Positions 49,649 to 58,452 of a stretch of DNA of 64,000 nucleotides are shown piece by piece. The notes beneath the pieces are model-generated. The model had not been told where the DNA came from. It saw only the letters and a list, made by a program, of their open reading frames with translations, and did no database searches. The stretch comes from Planctomycetota bacterium. Lineage in GTDB: Bacteria > Planctomycetota > GCA-002687715. The DNA lies in the NCBI GenBank assembly GCA_002687715.1, contig NZBC01000048.1, positions 6,402-70,401 on the forward strand, in the 5' to 3' direction. The position numbers and the translations under genes were made by a program. Position 1 is the first letter of the stretch, and every line of letters starts with the position of its first letter.

Positions 49649-50231
49649 GGTCGACCTCCTCCGGTAGCCAGCGGCGCAGAGTCGCCCGAAGGTCGGCGCG
49701 TGCGCGTTGCAACGCGGAACTCACGGCTCCGCTCGACATCCCCAGACGTTCGCCGATCTCATCGAGCGATTGGCGCTCGACGTACTTGAACACGAGCAGG
49801 TCGCCGGCCCGGGGGCTCAGCGTGCTGAGGGCCTGCGCGAGCGCGTCCCGGACCTCGGTCCGCTCCAGGACTTCGTCCGGTAGCGGACGCTCTCCCGCCA
49901 GGGCTTCCACGACGCTGGCCAGGTCGGCCGGCGCGAGACCACGGCGACGCGTGGTCCGTGCCCGGTGATGGCGCGCAAGACGGCGCCGAGCGATTCCCAG
50001 CAGCCACGGCCACCACTCCGCGTCGGCGTCGAAACGCGAGAGCCCCTCCCACGCGTCGAAGAAGACGTCCTGCAGCAGCTCCTCAGCGGCGCCAGAGTCC
50101 TGCCCGACCCGCCACCAGAGAAACCGGTGCAGCTGGACCACATGGCGTCGAAACAGGCTCCCTGACGCCGCATCGTCCCCCTGGAGGATGCGGGCCACGA
50201 GCTGTTGATCCGAGCGGAGATCTTCGGTCAT
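49638..50231 (-). CDS. ECF sigma-70 factor
   Basis: AEELLQDVF, WLLGIARR and SLDEIGERLGMSSGAVSSALQRAR motifs. Confidence 0.9.
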   Translation of the reverse strand: MTEDLRSDQQLVARILQGDDAASGSLFRRHVVQLHRFLWWRVGQDSGAAEELLQDVFFDAWEGLSRFDADAEWWPWLLGIARRRLARHHRARTTRRRGLAPADLASVVEALAGERPLPDEVLERTEVRDALAQALSTLSPRAGDLLVFKYVERQSLDEIGERLGMSSGAVSSALQRARADLRATLRRWLPEEVDHVT

Positions 50232-50351
50232 CGGAGAGGGTCTGCACGGGTCTGGGAGGATCTATCGCGAAATCCCCGCCGCCGAAGGTCTTCCTGGAAA
50301 CCACGAGTCGCTTGCCCTCGGCCCATCGCTTATCAATCATGGAGGCCGCTC

Positions 50352-50981
50352 ATGGAGGGCGCCAGCTTCTCCATCCAGGGATCCGGCAAGCCGGACAACC
50401 AGGACAGTCACCTCGTCGATGCGGGAGCCGGTCTCCTCATCGTCGCGGACGGGGTGACCCATTGCGACGGCGGCGGGGTCGCGAGCACCAACGCCGTACG
50501 GCAATTCACCGAAGCGTTGTCCGGTGACGACCCCCCCGACCGGCATCGGATGCGGACCGCCATCAGCCGGGCGCACGCTCTGCTGCGCCGGGACAAGCGG
50601 GCGCTCTACACGACGTTCGACGCGACCATCGTCCAGGAGGATCGGATCCTCTCCGTCCACGTCGGCGACGGTCGCATCTATCACCTCGGTCCGGACGGGC
50701 TCGAGCGTACGACGGAGGACCACGTCGAGCGCGGCTACCTCGCCAACGCGCTGGGCGCAGCCCAGCTCCGCGCCGTCGTCCGTTCGACGCCGCGGAGTTC
50801 CGACGTGTTCGGCGTGGCCATCGCGTCCGACGGCCTCTGGAACGAGATCTCCGAACCCGAGCTCGAGACGCTCCTGCTCGACCCCGAGCAGTCCCTGAGC
50901 GACCGCATGCGCGCTCTCCAGGCTCTGCTCGCCGAACGATCCAATTTCGACGACGCCACCCTCGCTATCGGCATGTTCTGA
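50352..50981 (+). CDS. PP2C-family Ser/Thr phosphatase
   Basis: NQD, VADG, HVGDGRIY, ASDGLW and DDAT motifs. Confidence 0.85.
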   Translation: MEGASFSIQGSGKPDNQDSHLVDAGAGLLIVADGVTHCDGGGVASTNAVRQFTEALSGDDPPDRHRMRTAISRAHALLRRDKRALYTTFDATIVQEDRILSVHVGDGRIYHLGPDGLERTTEDHVERGYLANALGAAQLRAVVRSTPRSSDVFGVAIASDGLWNEISEPELETLLLDPEQSLSDRMRALQALLAERSNFDDATLAIGMF

Positions 50982-51060
50982 CCTGCCCCGGCGGAGAAGG
51001 TCGAAGCCGGTGGGGGCGTGGATCCCCAGATTCGCTCCGGCTCGGGCTATCATGGTCGAC

Positions 51061-52938
51061 ATGATCCGCATCTTGCTCGTCATGGTGCTCGCCGCCGTCA
51101 GCCTGTCCGCCCAGACACCATTCTGGATCGATCCGGCGCGAGTCCTCGTGGTCTACAACGGGAACTGGCCCGACGAGGACGGTAACGGGATCGGCGAAAG
51201 CGAGCAGCTAGCGCTCGAGTATCAGGCGAAGCGTGGGGTCCCCGCGGCGAACCTGCTCTCGGTCGGATGCTCCACCAACCAGTACTACTACTACCAGCTC
51301 GCGGGGTGGTCGGCGTTCTGGAACGAGGTGCGCACACCGATCGTCCAACGGCTCCAGGCGCTAGGAGAGACCAACATCTTCACCATCCTGTTCTGTCGCG
51401 GGGTGCCGTATCGAGTCTCGTTGCCGTCCGGCAACGGCGGTGGCGTGTCGCTCGACCACCTGATGATGACGCCTCACGCACTCGGAACGGCGGCCACTCC
51501 GAGCGTGAGCAACGCACCCGGGCTGGTGTGGACGTCGCCGTACTTCGACCTGGCTCCCGGCCTCGGCACCGGCCTCCCCCACTTCACGCATGCTTACTGG
51601 TTTCAGGGCACGCGGTTCTATCTCGTGTCCCGCCTCGACGGGGACAGCCACGATCGGGCACTCGATCTGATCGAGGGTGCGCTCTACGGCGACCGCTACG
51701 TGTCGCCAGATCCCGGGTACTACCAAGGAAGGCTGTACGTGGACACGCGCTACTCCACCTATCCGAACCCGGCGTCGCTCCCGTGGCCGTTGCAACACGT
51801 GGGGTACGGTGGCGCGGACTCGGACATGGCGCGCGTCGTCCCATTGCTCGAGCCCATCGGCTTCGACGTGTGGTGGGAGAACACGACCGGCAGCTACGAG
51901 ATTGGCGAAGTCAACGCCATGTACCGCAATGGTCAGCCGGCGCAGTTCGCACCCGACGCGTTGTTCTACTACGGCTGGTACAACTACATCACCTACCGCG
52001 ACGTCTGGTCGTGGCTTCCCGGGTCGGCCGCGTGCGACCTCAACTCGAACTCGATCGCCGGACTGCGCACCGGATCGACGTCGTTCGGCAAGGGCGCGCT
52101 CGATCGCGGCCTGACCTGCGGGGTCGGCGTCATCGGCGAACCCTACCTCGCCTATCACCCGTGGCCCGAGACGTTCATCTCCTATCTGATGCGCGGGCAC
52201 GCGTTCGCAGAGGCGGCTGCGGCATCCGATCGGGCCCAGAAGTTCCGGACGCTGTTCATCGGCGATCCGCTGTACTGCCCGATGCAGGTCGGCAAGATCG
52301 CCGATCTCGACACCGTCGCACCCCCCGCACCGGACGTCTCATCCGTGAGCGTGAACGGAACGGACGCGACCTTCCGCGTGGCGCTGAACACCCTCGGACG
52401 CGAACCGGACCTCGTCACGGTCGGCGGTGGGTTCGGAGCGGCGCCCGCCCTCGTCAACGCCCTCGATCACGGCGCGCACTACCGGGTCGCACGCACGATT
52501 ACCCTCGACAACCTCACGCCGGGGACGTACTACCGGGCGAACCTGATCGTCCGCGACCCCGTCGGCAACACGACGCCCCTGCCGGAGCTCCAGTGGTTCC
52601 AGGACCCCGCGGGCACACTCGCCGCCGCGGTCCAGCCCTCCGACCCGGCACCCGCGGCCGCCCAACCGGTCACCCTCGAGTTCGCCATGCGGATCCCCGG
52701 CGGGCTCGCGAGCCTCACGTCGCTCGCGATGAACGTCACCTTCGGCGGCGCGGCGTTCGACCTGATTCCGCTGCTTCCGCTGGTCCCGACCACGCCGCAC
52801 CTGTCGATGAACGGCGAGACGATCAGCCTCGAGGTCCATGTCCCGACCGGGCTCTCGGCCGGCACCTGGACGTTCGCGCTGGACGTCAGCACGGCGACGA
52901 CCACCCAGTCCGCATCCACGGTCGTCACCGTCCCCTAG
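51061..52938 (+). CDS. TIGR03790-like secreted protein with C-terminal FN3/Ig-like modules
   Basis: RVLVVYN, YLVSRLDG, FYYGWY, GEPYL and FIGDPLY motifs. Confidence 0.78.
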   Translation: MIRILLVMVLAAVSLSAQTPFWIDPARVLVVYNGNWPDEDGNGIGESEQLALEYQAKRGVPAANLLSVGCSTNQYYYYQLAGWSAFWNEVRTPIVQRLQALGETNIFTILFCRGVPYRVSLPSGNGGGVSLDHLMMTPHALGTAATPSVSNAPGLVWTSPYFDLAPGLGTGLPHFTHAYWFQGTRFYLVSRLDGDSHDRALDLIEGALYGDRYVSPDPGYYQGRLYVDTRYSTYPNPASLPWPLQHVGYGGADSDMARVVPLLEPIGFDVWWENTTGSYEIGEVNAMYRNGQPAQFAPDALFYYGWYNYITYRDVWSWLPGSAACDLNSNSIAGLRTGSTSFGKGALDRGLTCGVGVIGEPYLAYHPWPETFISYLMRGHAFAEAAAASDRAQKFRTLFIGDPLYCPMQVGKIADLDTVAPPAPDVSSVSVNGTDATFRVALNTLGREPDLVTVGGGFGAAPALVNALDHGAHYRVARTITLDNLTPGTYYRANLIVRDPVGNTTPLPELQWFQDPAGTLAAAVQPSDPAPAAAQPVTLEFAMRIPGGLASLTSLAMNVTFGGAAFDLIPLLPLVPTTPHLSMNGETISLEVHVPTGLSAGTWTFALDVSTATTTQSASTVVTVP

Positions 52939-52974
52939 GACCGCCGCCGCCACGCCGCCTGGCCCAGCCAACTC

Positions 52975-53197
52975 GACGGGAGCGCGAACCTCCAAGTCCG
53001 CTCTGGCCTGACGGGAGCACGAGCCTCCAGGTCCGCTCTGGCTCGACGGGAGCGCGGACCTCCAGGTCCGCTCTGGCCTGACGGGAGCACGAACCTCCAG
53101 GTCCGCTCTGGCCTGACGGGAGCGCGGACCTCCAGGTCCGCTCTGGGGCGGCGAAGCCGGATCCGGACCCGGAGCGGACCTGGAGGTCCGCGCTCCC
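52975..53197. repeat. Five tandem 35-bp REP-like units plus one inverted copy
   Basis: Units start at 52975, 53010, 53045, 53080 and 53115 (consensus GACGGGAGCGCGGACCTCCAGGTCCGCTCTGGCCT) with internal palindrome GCGGACCT-CC-AGGTCCGC; they lie between convergent genes. Confidence 0.88.
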
Positions 53198-53245
53198 ATC
53201 AGAGAGATTGCTCGAGGTCCCGGCGCCTCCGCTGAAGGGCCAGCG

Positions 53246-53596
53246 TCACCCCAGCAGGTCGTCGTAGGCGTCTTCGTTGAAGCCGACGACGAGCGTCTTG
53301 CCGCGCGTCCAGGCCGGAGCCCGGAGCCAGCCGGAACGACCGATGATGACGTCCAGCAGCTCGTCGTCCCCCGGGGGGTCCTTCTTCATGTCGAAGGTGA
53401 GGGTCTTCTTCCCGCGGGCGACGACGACCTTGTGGTGCCTGGCGGCGAGCGCCAGAGCGTCATCGGGCGCCATGCGGTCCTTCGCAGCGTTCACCACCGT
53501 CCCGGTGGAGATGCCGTTCGCCGAGATGTACTCATCGGCGCGGCCGCAACTCGTTCAGCCCTTGCGGTGGTAGTACCACGAGATACTGGATGGCAT
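53246..53596 (-). CDS. ArsC/Spx-family selenoprotein (UxxC, in-frame TGA at 53555-53557)
   Basis: AAGGAGG RBS, then MPSSISWYYHRKG-U-TSCGRA...IGRSGWLRAP...LVVGFNE; SECIS-like hairpin downstream of the TGA. Confidence 0.88.
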
Positions 53597-53642
53597 CGGA
53601 CACCTCCTTGGACCGGAAGCGTAGTTGCAGGAGCGTCCGAAC

Positions 53643-54779
53643 TCAACGACGGCCGAGCACACCGACCTCGACCCAGCCGCTCTGACCGGCCGGCGTCACC
53701 ACGGAGGCCCAACCGTCGTGGACCTTGATCACCCTTATCCGCAGCCCGCGATTCAGACGCACCTGCACCTCCCCGCCCGGCCGCCGACGCAGGCCCACCG
53801 CGCGAACCAGCGGCTCGAAGGTCGAAGACGTAGGCACCGGCCGCGGTGCGGGGTGGACGGGCGGCCGCGGCGGCCGCGGCGCCACCGGCCGCCGGAGCGC
53901 CTCCAGGAAGACGTTGAGCAGGAACTGCCGCACCGAGATGGCGGCGTGCAGGTGTCCCGCCCGCACTCGCTTCAACACACCCTTACGCGCGAGCTCGGCA
54001 TATCCGTTGGACCCCCGCGGAAGATCCAGCGCTCGGGCCTCGGCGGCGGCAGATCTGCGCTCCCAGCGGTGGGTCGTGATCGCGCGCTGGAGGTAGAGGT
54101 GACTCACGACGTGCACGACGCGGCCTCTACCCACCCGTAGTGTGGCGGCGATCTCTCCCGACCCGTAGCGCGCGCGCATCTCGCGCGACCCGATCAGCGG
54201 CGTGCACATCCGCGTACTCGTGAACACGTAGCTCCGGTTCTCGAGCCACCACGTCGCGGCGCGCCCGGACGGGAACACGCCGGCCAGCAACGGATGGCGC
54301 CGGTCGGTCGGCGTCACCCGGACGACGTCGTCAGTCGTGCACCGTCCCGTCCAGCTGACCATCCCCGGAAACGCCCTCGCCACGGCTTCGACGGCCCAAT
54401 CGGTGCTCAGGAGCGTCCCGCCCCGCTCGACGAATCGCCGCAGCCGTCGCCCGTCACTCGGCGTCACCCGCCCCGGACAGTCGAGGATCACCAGCCTCAC
54501 GCCGGAGAGCGACGTCCGCGCCAGCGACCGGGGCACACACCGGCGAAACGGAATCCGCAACCCACGGAGCACCTGGTCCGAATGATCGTGATCCCCGTCG
54601 ATCAGCAGCACCGCGGACCGGGGACACCGCCGCAGCAGGTCCCACCCTCCACGGTCCTTGGTCTTCAACCGCTCCAGCACCAGGATCCCCGCGGCGGAGT
54701 GAGTCTCCTCGGCGAGCCCCTCCCCGGTCTGGGCAGGAAGGCAGGTCGCCACGACGCACAGAGCGATCAGGTAGCGCAT
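53643..54779 (-). CDS. Secreted hypothetical protein (class I GATase-like fold + C-terminal SH3b-like)
   Basis: Signal peptide; RRFVERGGTLLSTDW motif; C-terminal GWASVVTPAGQSGWV. Confidence 0.65.
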   Translation of the reverse strand: MRYLIALCVVATCLPAQTGEGLAEETHSAAGILVLERLKTKDRGGWDLLRRCPRSAVLLIDGDHDHSDQVLRGLRIPFRRCVPRSLARTSLSGVRLVILDCPGRVTPSDGRRLRRFVERGGTLLSTDWAVEAVARAFPGMVSWTGRCTTDDVVRVTPTDRRHPLLAGVFPSGRAATWWLENRSYVFTSTRMCTPLIGSREMRARYGSGEIAATLRVGRGRVVHVVSHLYLQRAITTHRWERRSAAAEARALDLPRGSNGYAELARKGVLKRVRAGHLHAAISVRQFLLNVFLEALRRPVAPRPPRPPVHPAPRPVPTSSTFEPLVRAVGLRRRPGGEVQVRLNRGLRIRVIKVHDGWASVVTPAGQSGWVEVGVLGRR

Positions 54780-54859
54780 ACGACCTTGGACGCGCGTTGA
54801 AGCGTGGAGTTCCCCACGAGCGATCCCTCAGCGTGTCCCTCCGACATCCGCAACCGCAG

Positions 54860-55870
54860 CTACTTAGGCACGAAGTGGCTCGGGCGCACGCCCTTGCGGA
54901 AGCGACCGAACCCGAACCGTAACGGCTCGTACGTTCCCACGATTTCGACATTGGCCGCCTGCGGGACGTCCAGGCCGAGGCCCCAGTAGCACGCGTTGAC
55001 CGCAACCCGCCGCAAGCCGGCGCTCGCAAAGTCCTGGGAGGCTCCGATGGTCGAACAGATGGACCGGGCCTTCTTGCCGTAGGGATTCTCGAATTCGCGC
55101 ACCCACACGAGCGGCATCATCGGGTCGTTCTTCTTGCCTGCGAGGGGGGCGGAATCGGGCTTCATGCCCTCCAGGACCTGGCCGCGAAGCAGGACCTTCG
55201 CGTCCTTGGGGAGGTTGCGGACCCCGTATACGTCGGTGGGGCCCCAGACGTCCTTCACTCCATGGAGCACTGGGTGATCCTTGTGAGCTTCGTCCGGAAC
55301 GCCGCGCGTGCTCTGCGACCCGTGGTGACCGTGGTGGTTGACCCAGGTGTCGCCCAGGATCATGCCGCCGAACCCACGCGCCCATTCCTTGGCCCGGAAA
55401 TGGTACTTGCGGTACGGACTGTCCTTCTTGCGTCGATACTGGAAGGCGTGGGTGGACGTGCGGATGCCGTAGATCGGCTTGCCCGTCTTCACGAAGTCGT
55501 CGAAGTGCTTCATGTCCGCATCCGGAAACTCGCGGAAGCGAAGGAACACGACCGCCATGTCAGCCGTCTTCAGCGCCTCCAGACCCGGGATGAAGGTCTG
55601 GTTGCTCGGATCGATGTCGCCCGTCTCGGGGTTGAGCGAAAACAGGACCGTGCACTTGAAGCCATGGCGGTCCGCGAGCAGGCGCCCGAGCATCGGCATC
55701 GCCTCTTCGGAGCGGTACTCTTCGTCGCCGGCGATGAGCACGATGTGCTTCCCTTTGCCCGGCCCTTCCTTGCCCGCGAACACCAGATGAGGATCGAGCT
55801 TCGACTGCGCCGTGACCGTTGCGGCGAGGATGAGACTGAGGACGAACGGCGAGAGAGCGGGCGTAGGCAT
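54860..55870 (-). CDS. ThuA-like domain protein
   Basis: IVLIAGDEEYRSEEAMP, GIRTSTHAF and NACYW motifs; signal peptide. Confidence 0.85.
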   Translation of the reverse strand: MPTPALSPFVLSLILAATVTAQSKLDPHLVFAGKEGPGKGKHIVLIAGDEEYRSEEAMPMLGRLLADRHGFKCTVLFSLNPETGDIDPSNQTFIPGLEALKTADMAVVFLRFREFPDADMKHFDDFVKTGKPIYGIRTSTHAFQYRRKKDSPYRKYHFRAKEWARGFGGMILGDTWVNHHGHHGSQSTRGVPDEAHKDHPVLHGVKDVWGPTDVYGVRNLPKDAKVLLRGQVLEGMKPDSAPLAGKKNDPMMPLVWVREFENPYGKKARSICSTIGASQDFASAGLRRVAVNACYWGLGLDVPQAANVEIVGTYEPLRFGFGRFRKGVRPSHFVPK

Positions 55871-55946
55871 TGGCTTGATGGACCCAGTTTGACCGCGCGG
55901 AAGGCGACGGGCCGCTCGCAGCGAACGGCCCGCGTCGAAAGCTACT

Positions 55947-57071
55947 CTAGTTCATCTCGGCCAGGAGGGAGTCGACGGCCTCGTCCATCGCCTCGCCGCG
56001 GGGTCCGCGGAAGCGGATGACGCCCTTGTGGTCGAGGATGTAGATGGTCGGCCATCCACGCACGTTCCAGCGCGTGGAGATCGGGCCGCGCGTGCCCTTC
56101 GGCCCGTTCCAGAAGCTGCGCCAGGAGATGTTCTCCTCCTCGCAACGCTTCTTCAACTTGCCGAGGTCGGGGTCGGAGTTGACGCCGATGAGCGCGAACT
56201 TCTCGTTGGCCAGCCTCTTCACGAGCGACCGCTCGTGAGGGTACATGGCCCGGCAGGGGCCTCACCAATCGCCCCAGAAGTCGATGACCACCACCTTGCC
56301 GCGGTAGTCCGACAGCTTGAACTTCACGCCATCGAGGTCGACCCCTTCGATGTCGGGCGCCACCATCCCCTTCTGCAAGCGGTTCTTCTCGAACGCGGGG
56401 GCTTCGGCGCGCGCCGCGAGGTCGCTACCCGGCGCCAGCTGGCTGACCTTCGCGAGCGCCTGCTCTCGACGCGCGGTGACGTCGGGATCTTCGGTCCCAC
56501 GGCGCGGCTTGCGATCGAGGCCCGCCTTGGACATCCAGGCATGCGCCTTCATGAGCTTGCTGGACTCTCCGGCGATCACCTTGTCGAGAATCGACTCGAC
56601 GTTCTCGCGGCCGAGCGCCCGCACGGCGCGCGGCAGGCCACCGATGAAGTCACCGATTTCGTCGCTGCCGAGGTGAGCGGCGACGATCATGTCGATCGCA
56701 GTCTTGCGGTCGTCTTGCGAGGCCGCCCTCATCGAGACCCACGAGAGGAACGGTACGGCTCCGTCGGTGCCCGCGAACTTCTTCGCGCACGCCATGAACT
56801 TCTCGGTGTATGCGCCGTTGTCAGGACGCTTGATGTCCTTCATCAACTCGCGGTAGAGCGCGCCGGCCGCCTGGCGATCACCGGACTTGCGGAGTTTCAC
56901 GTACTCCTCGTTCTTCCGCAGCTTGCCGAGCTCGGCGCGGTAGGCGGACTGCTCGGCGTCGAGCTTCGCCTTCAGGTCAGCGAAGGCCGCTTTCGCGGCC
57001 GCAACGTCCCCCTGCGCCACGACGGGAATCGCGATCGCCAAGAGGAGGAGTACGAATAGGGAGAGCTTCAT
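55947..57071 (-). CDS. Exported TlpA/thioredoxin-like selenoprotein (WUGPC, in-frame TGA at 56262-56264)
   Basis: The two track ORFs (56262..57095 and 55947..56246) are in one frame: GKVVVIDFWGDW-U-GPCRAMYPHER...RGWPTIYILD; perfect hairpin downstream of the TGA. Confidence 0.9.
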
Positions 57072-57097
57072 CGCGAGGGCTCCGTAAGTGGGCAAGA

Positions 57098-57125
57098 CCG
57101 GGCCCCCGTAGATTCGGGGGCCCGG
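57098..57125. terminator. Perfect 11-bp GC hairpin
   Basis: CCGGGCCCCCG-TAGATT-CGGGGGCCCGG; no U-tract. Confidence 0.5.
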
Positions 57126-57160
57126 CGGGTTGCGGGCACTGTATCACGCGCTGGAAGCGG

Positions 57161-58315
57161 CTACTGGACCCGGAAGGTCTGCATCCACAGACCGTCGGAG
57201 AGCGCCGCGCCACTGGCCGTGATCCCCAGCGCCTGGAAGGTCAGACCGATTCCGGGCGGGACCCCCACGAGCGACAGAGGCAGAAAGACCGGGCCGTTGA
57301 TGGCGCCGAGGTCCAGGATGATCGCTGCCTGCGGATCGATGTGCACGACGCCGAACGATGTGACTGCAAAGCCCTCGTTGGCCCCGAGGTCGATGCCGAG
57401 CATCACCTGGCCCGTCGCGGTCGGAGCGACCGCCAAGCCGAAGCCCGAATTGCCGACCCACGGCGTCCCGATGAGCTCGAGACCGGGACCCCCACTGAGA
57501 CCGGGCAGCACGACGGGCTGACCGAAGAAGGTGAGGCCGTGATGACGACGGATGGCGCCACCCGGAGCGGGCGGGAGCGGCACGTTGGCGCCGGTCAGGG
57601 GCGAGCGGCACATGCCGTTGGTGTACGTGGCGAAGGTCCCTCCGGTGGCGAGGCAGATCTGGACGCCGGTCGCCTGGTTCGGCACCCCGACAGCGGGGGG
57701 AACCACGCCGGTCCAGACCAGCGCGACCGGGTCGAACGTGTGCAGGCACGAACCGTCGTCGATCGCGATGATCACGTTGTTCCACGGGTCGTAGGTCAGC
57801 CCGGTGAGGCGAGTGCCGCAGGCGGCGGGAGCCGCCCAGTTGAACGGTCCGTTGAGGACGAGCCCGTTGGTGAACGCGACGGTCGGCGTCTGATACTGGA
57901 CGATCGAGAACCCGTCGCTGATCCACAGGACACGACCGGACGGCGCCGTCGTGTTGTCGACGACCATGCCCGTGACCTGATTGAAGCCGGGAGGCGTGTT
58001 GTACGTGAACGGCGCCCCTCCCCCGGCCGCGATGGATGCGTACGACGCGCGCTGAATCCCCGAGGCGGGGTGACCGTCGCAGTAGTGCAGCGCCTGGTTC
58101 ACGTTGTCAGCGGCGATGGCGCCGAACCACCACGAGTGGGCGGGCGGGATCGGGTGGACGAGATGTCGGGTGATGGGAGCCGGCGCGAGCGGCGGACACC
58201 GGCTCGCAGCGAGCTCCTGAGGAAACGCGGTGTGGTCATAGCTGGCCAGGCGCTGGGCCGGCGAAACAGTGACGAGGACGAGAGCGGACAGGATGATGAA
58301 GAGATAGCGAGTCAT
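57161..58315 (-). CDS. Secreted hypothetical protein
   Basis: AAGGAGG RBS; MTRYLFIILSALVLVTVSPA-Q; propeller-like repeats and a beta-sandwich-like C-terminal domain. Confidence 0.78.
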   Translation of the reverse strand: MTRYLFIILSALVLVTVSPAQRLASYDHTAFPQELAASRCPPLAPAPITRHLVHPIPPAHSWWFGAIAADNVNQALHYCDGHPASGIQRASYASIAAGGGAPFTYNTPPGFNQVTGMVVDNTTAPSGRVLWISDGFSIVQYQTPTVAFTNGLVLNGPFNWAAPAACGTRLTGLTYDPWNNVIIAIDDGSCLHTFDPVALVWTGVVPPAVGVPNQATGVQICLATGGTFATYTNGMCRSPLTGANVPLPPAPGGAIRRHHGLTFFGQPVVLPGLSGGPGLELIGTPWVGNSGFGLAVAPTATGQVMLGIDLGANEGFAVTSFGVVHIDPQAAIILDLGAINGPVFLPLSLVGVPPGIGLTFQALGITASGAALSDGLWMQTFRVQ

Positions 58316-58358
58316 GGTTGCCTCCTTGTTGCTGGTCGAGCACGGGGAACCAGTACTG

Positions 58359-58385
58359 CTGCGGAAGGGGAGCGCGGGCGTTACG
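58359..58385 (-). promoter_or_regulatory. Putative ECF promoter CGTAACGC-N12-TCCGCAG
   Basis: Same motif and spacing as at 62973-62999. Confidence 0.65.
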
Positions 58386-58452
58386 CGCGAGGACGGAGAT
58401 TCTGGGGAGGGACCCCAAGAAAAGAGCAGAGGGGAAGAGAGGTAGGGAGAGA

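Noticed and set aside
52975-53150. 35-bp palindromic repeats as a CRISPR array
   Set aside because: The units are contiguous with no unique spacers, no cas genes are present, and an inverted copy plus a dispersed copy at 4461 fit REP elements better.
53246-57071. In-frame TGAs as nonsense pseudogenes or a reassigned genetic code
   Set aside because: Both fall exactly on redox Cys positions with downstream hairpins, and TGA acts as a normal stop in many neighbouring genes (apaG, the S8 proteases, the MBOAT).
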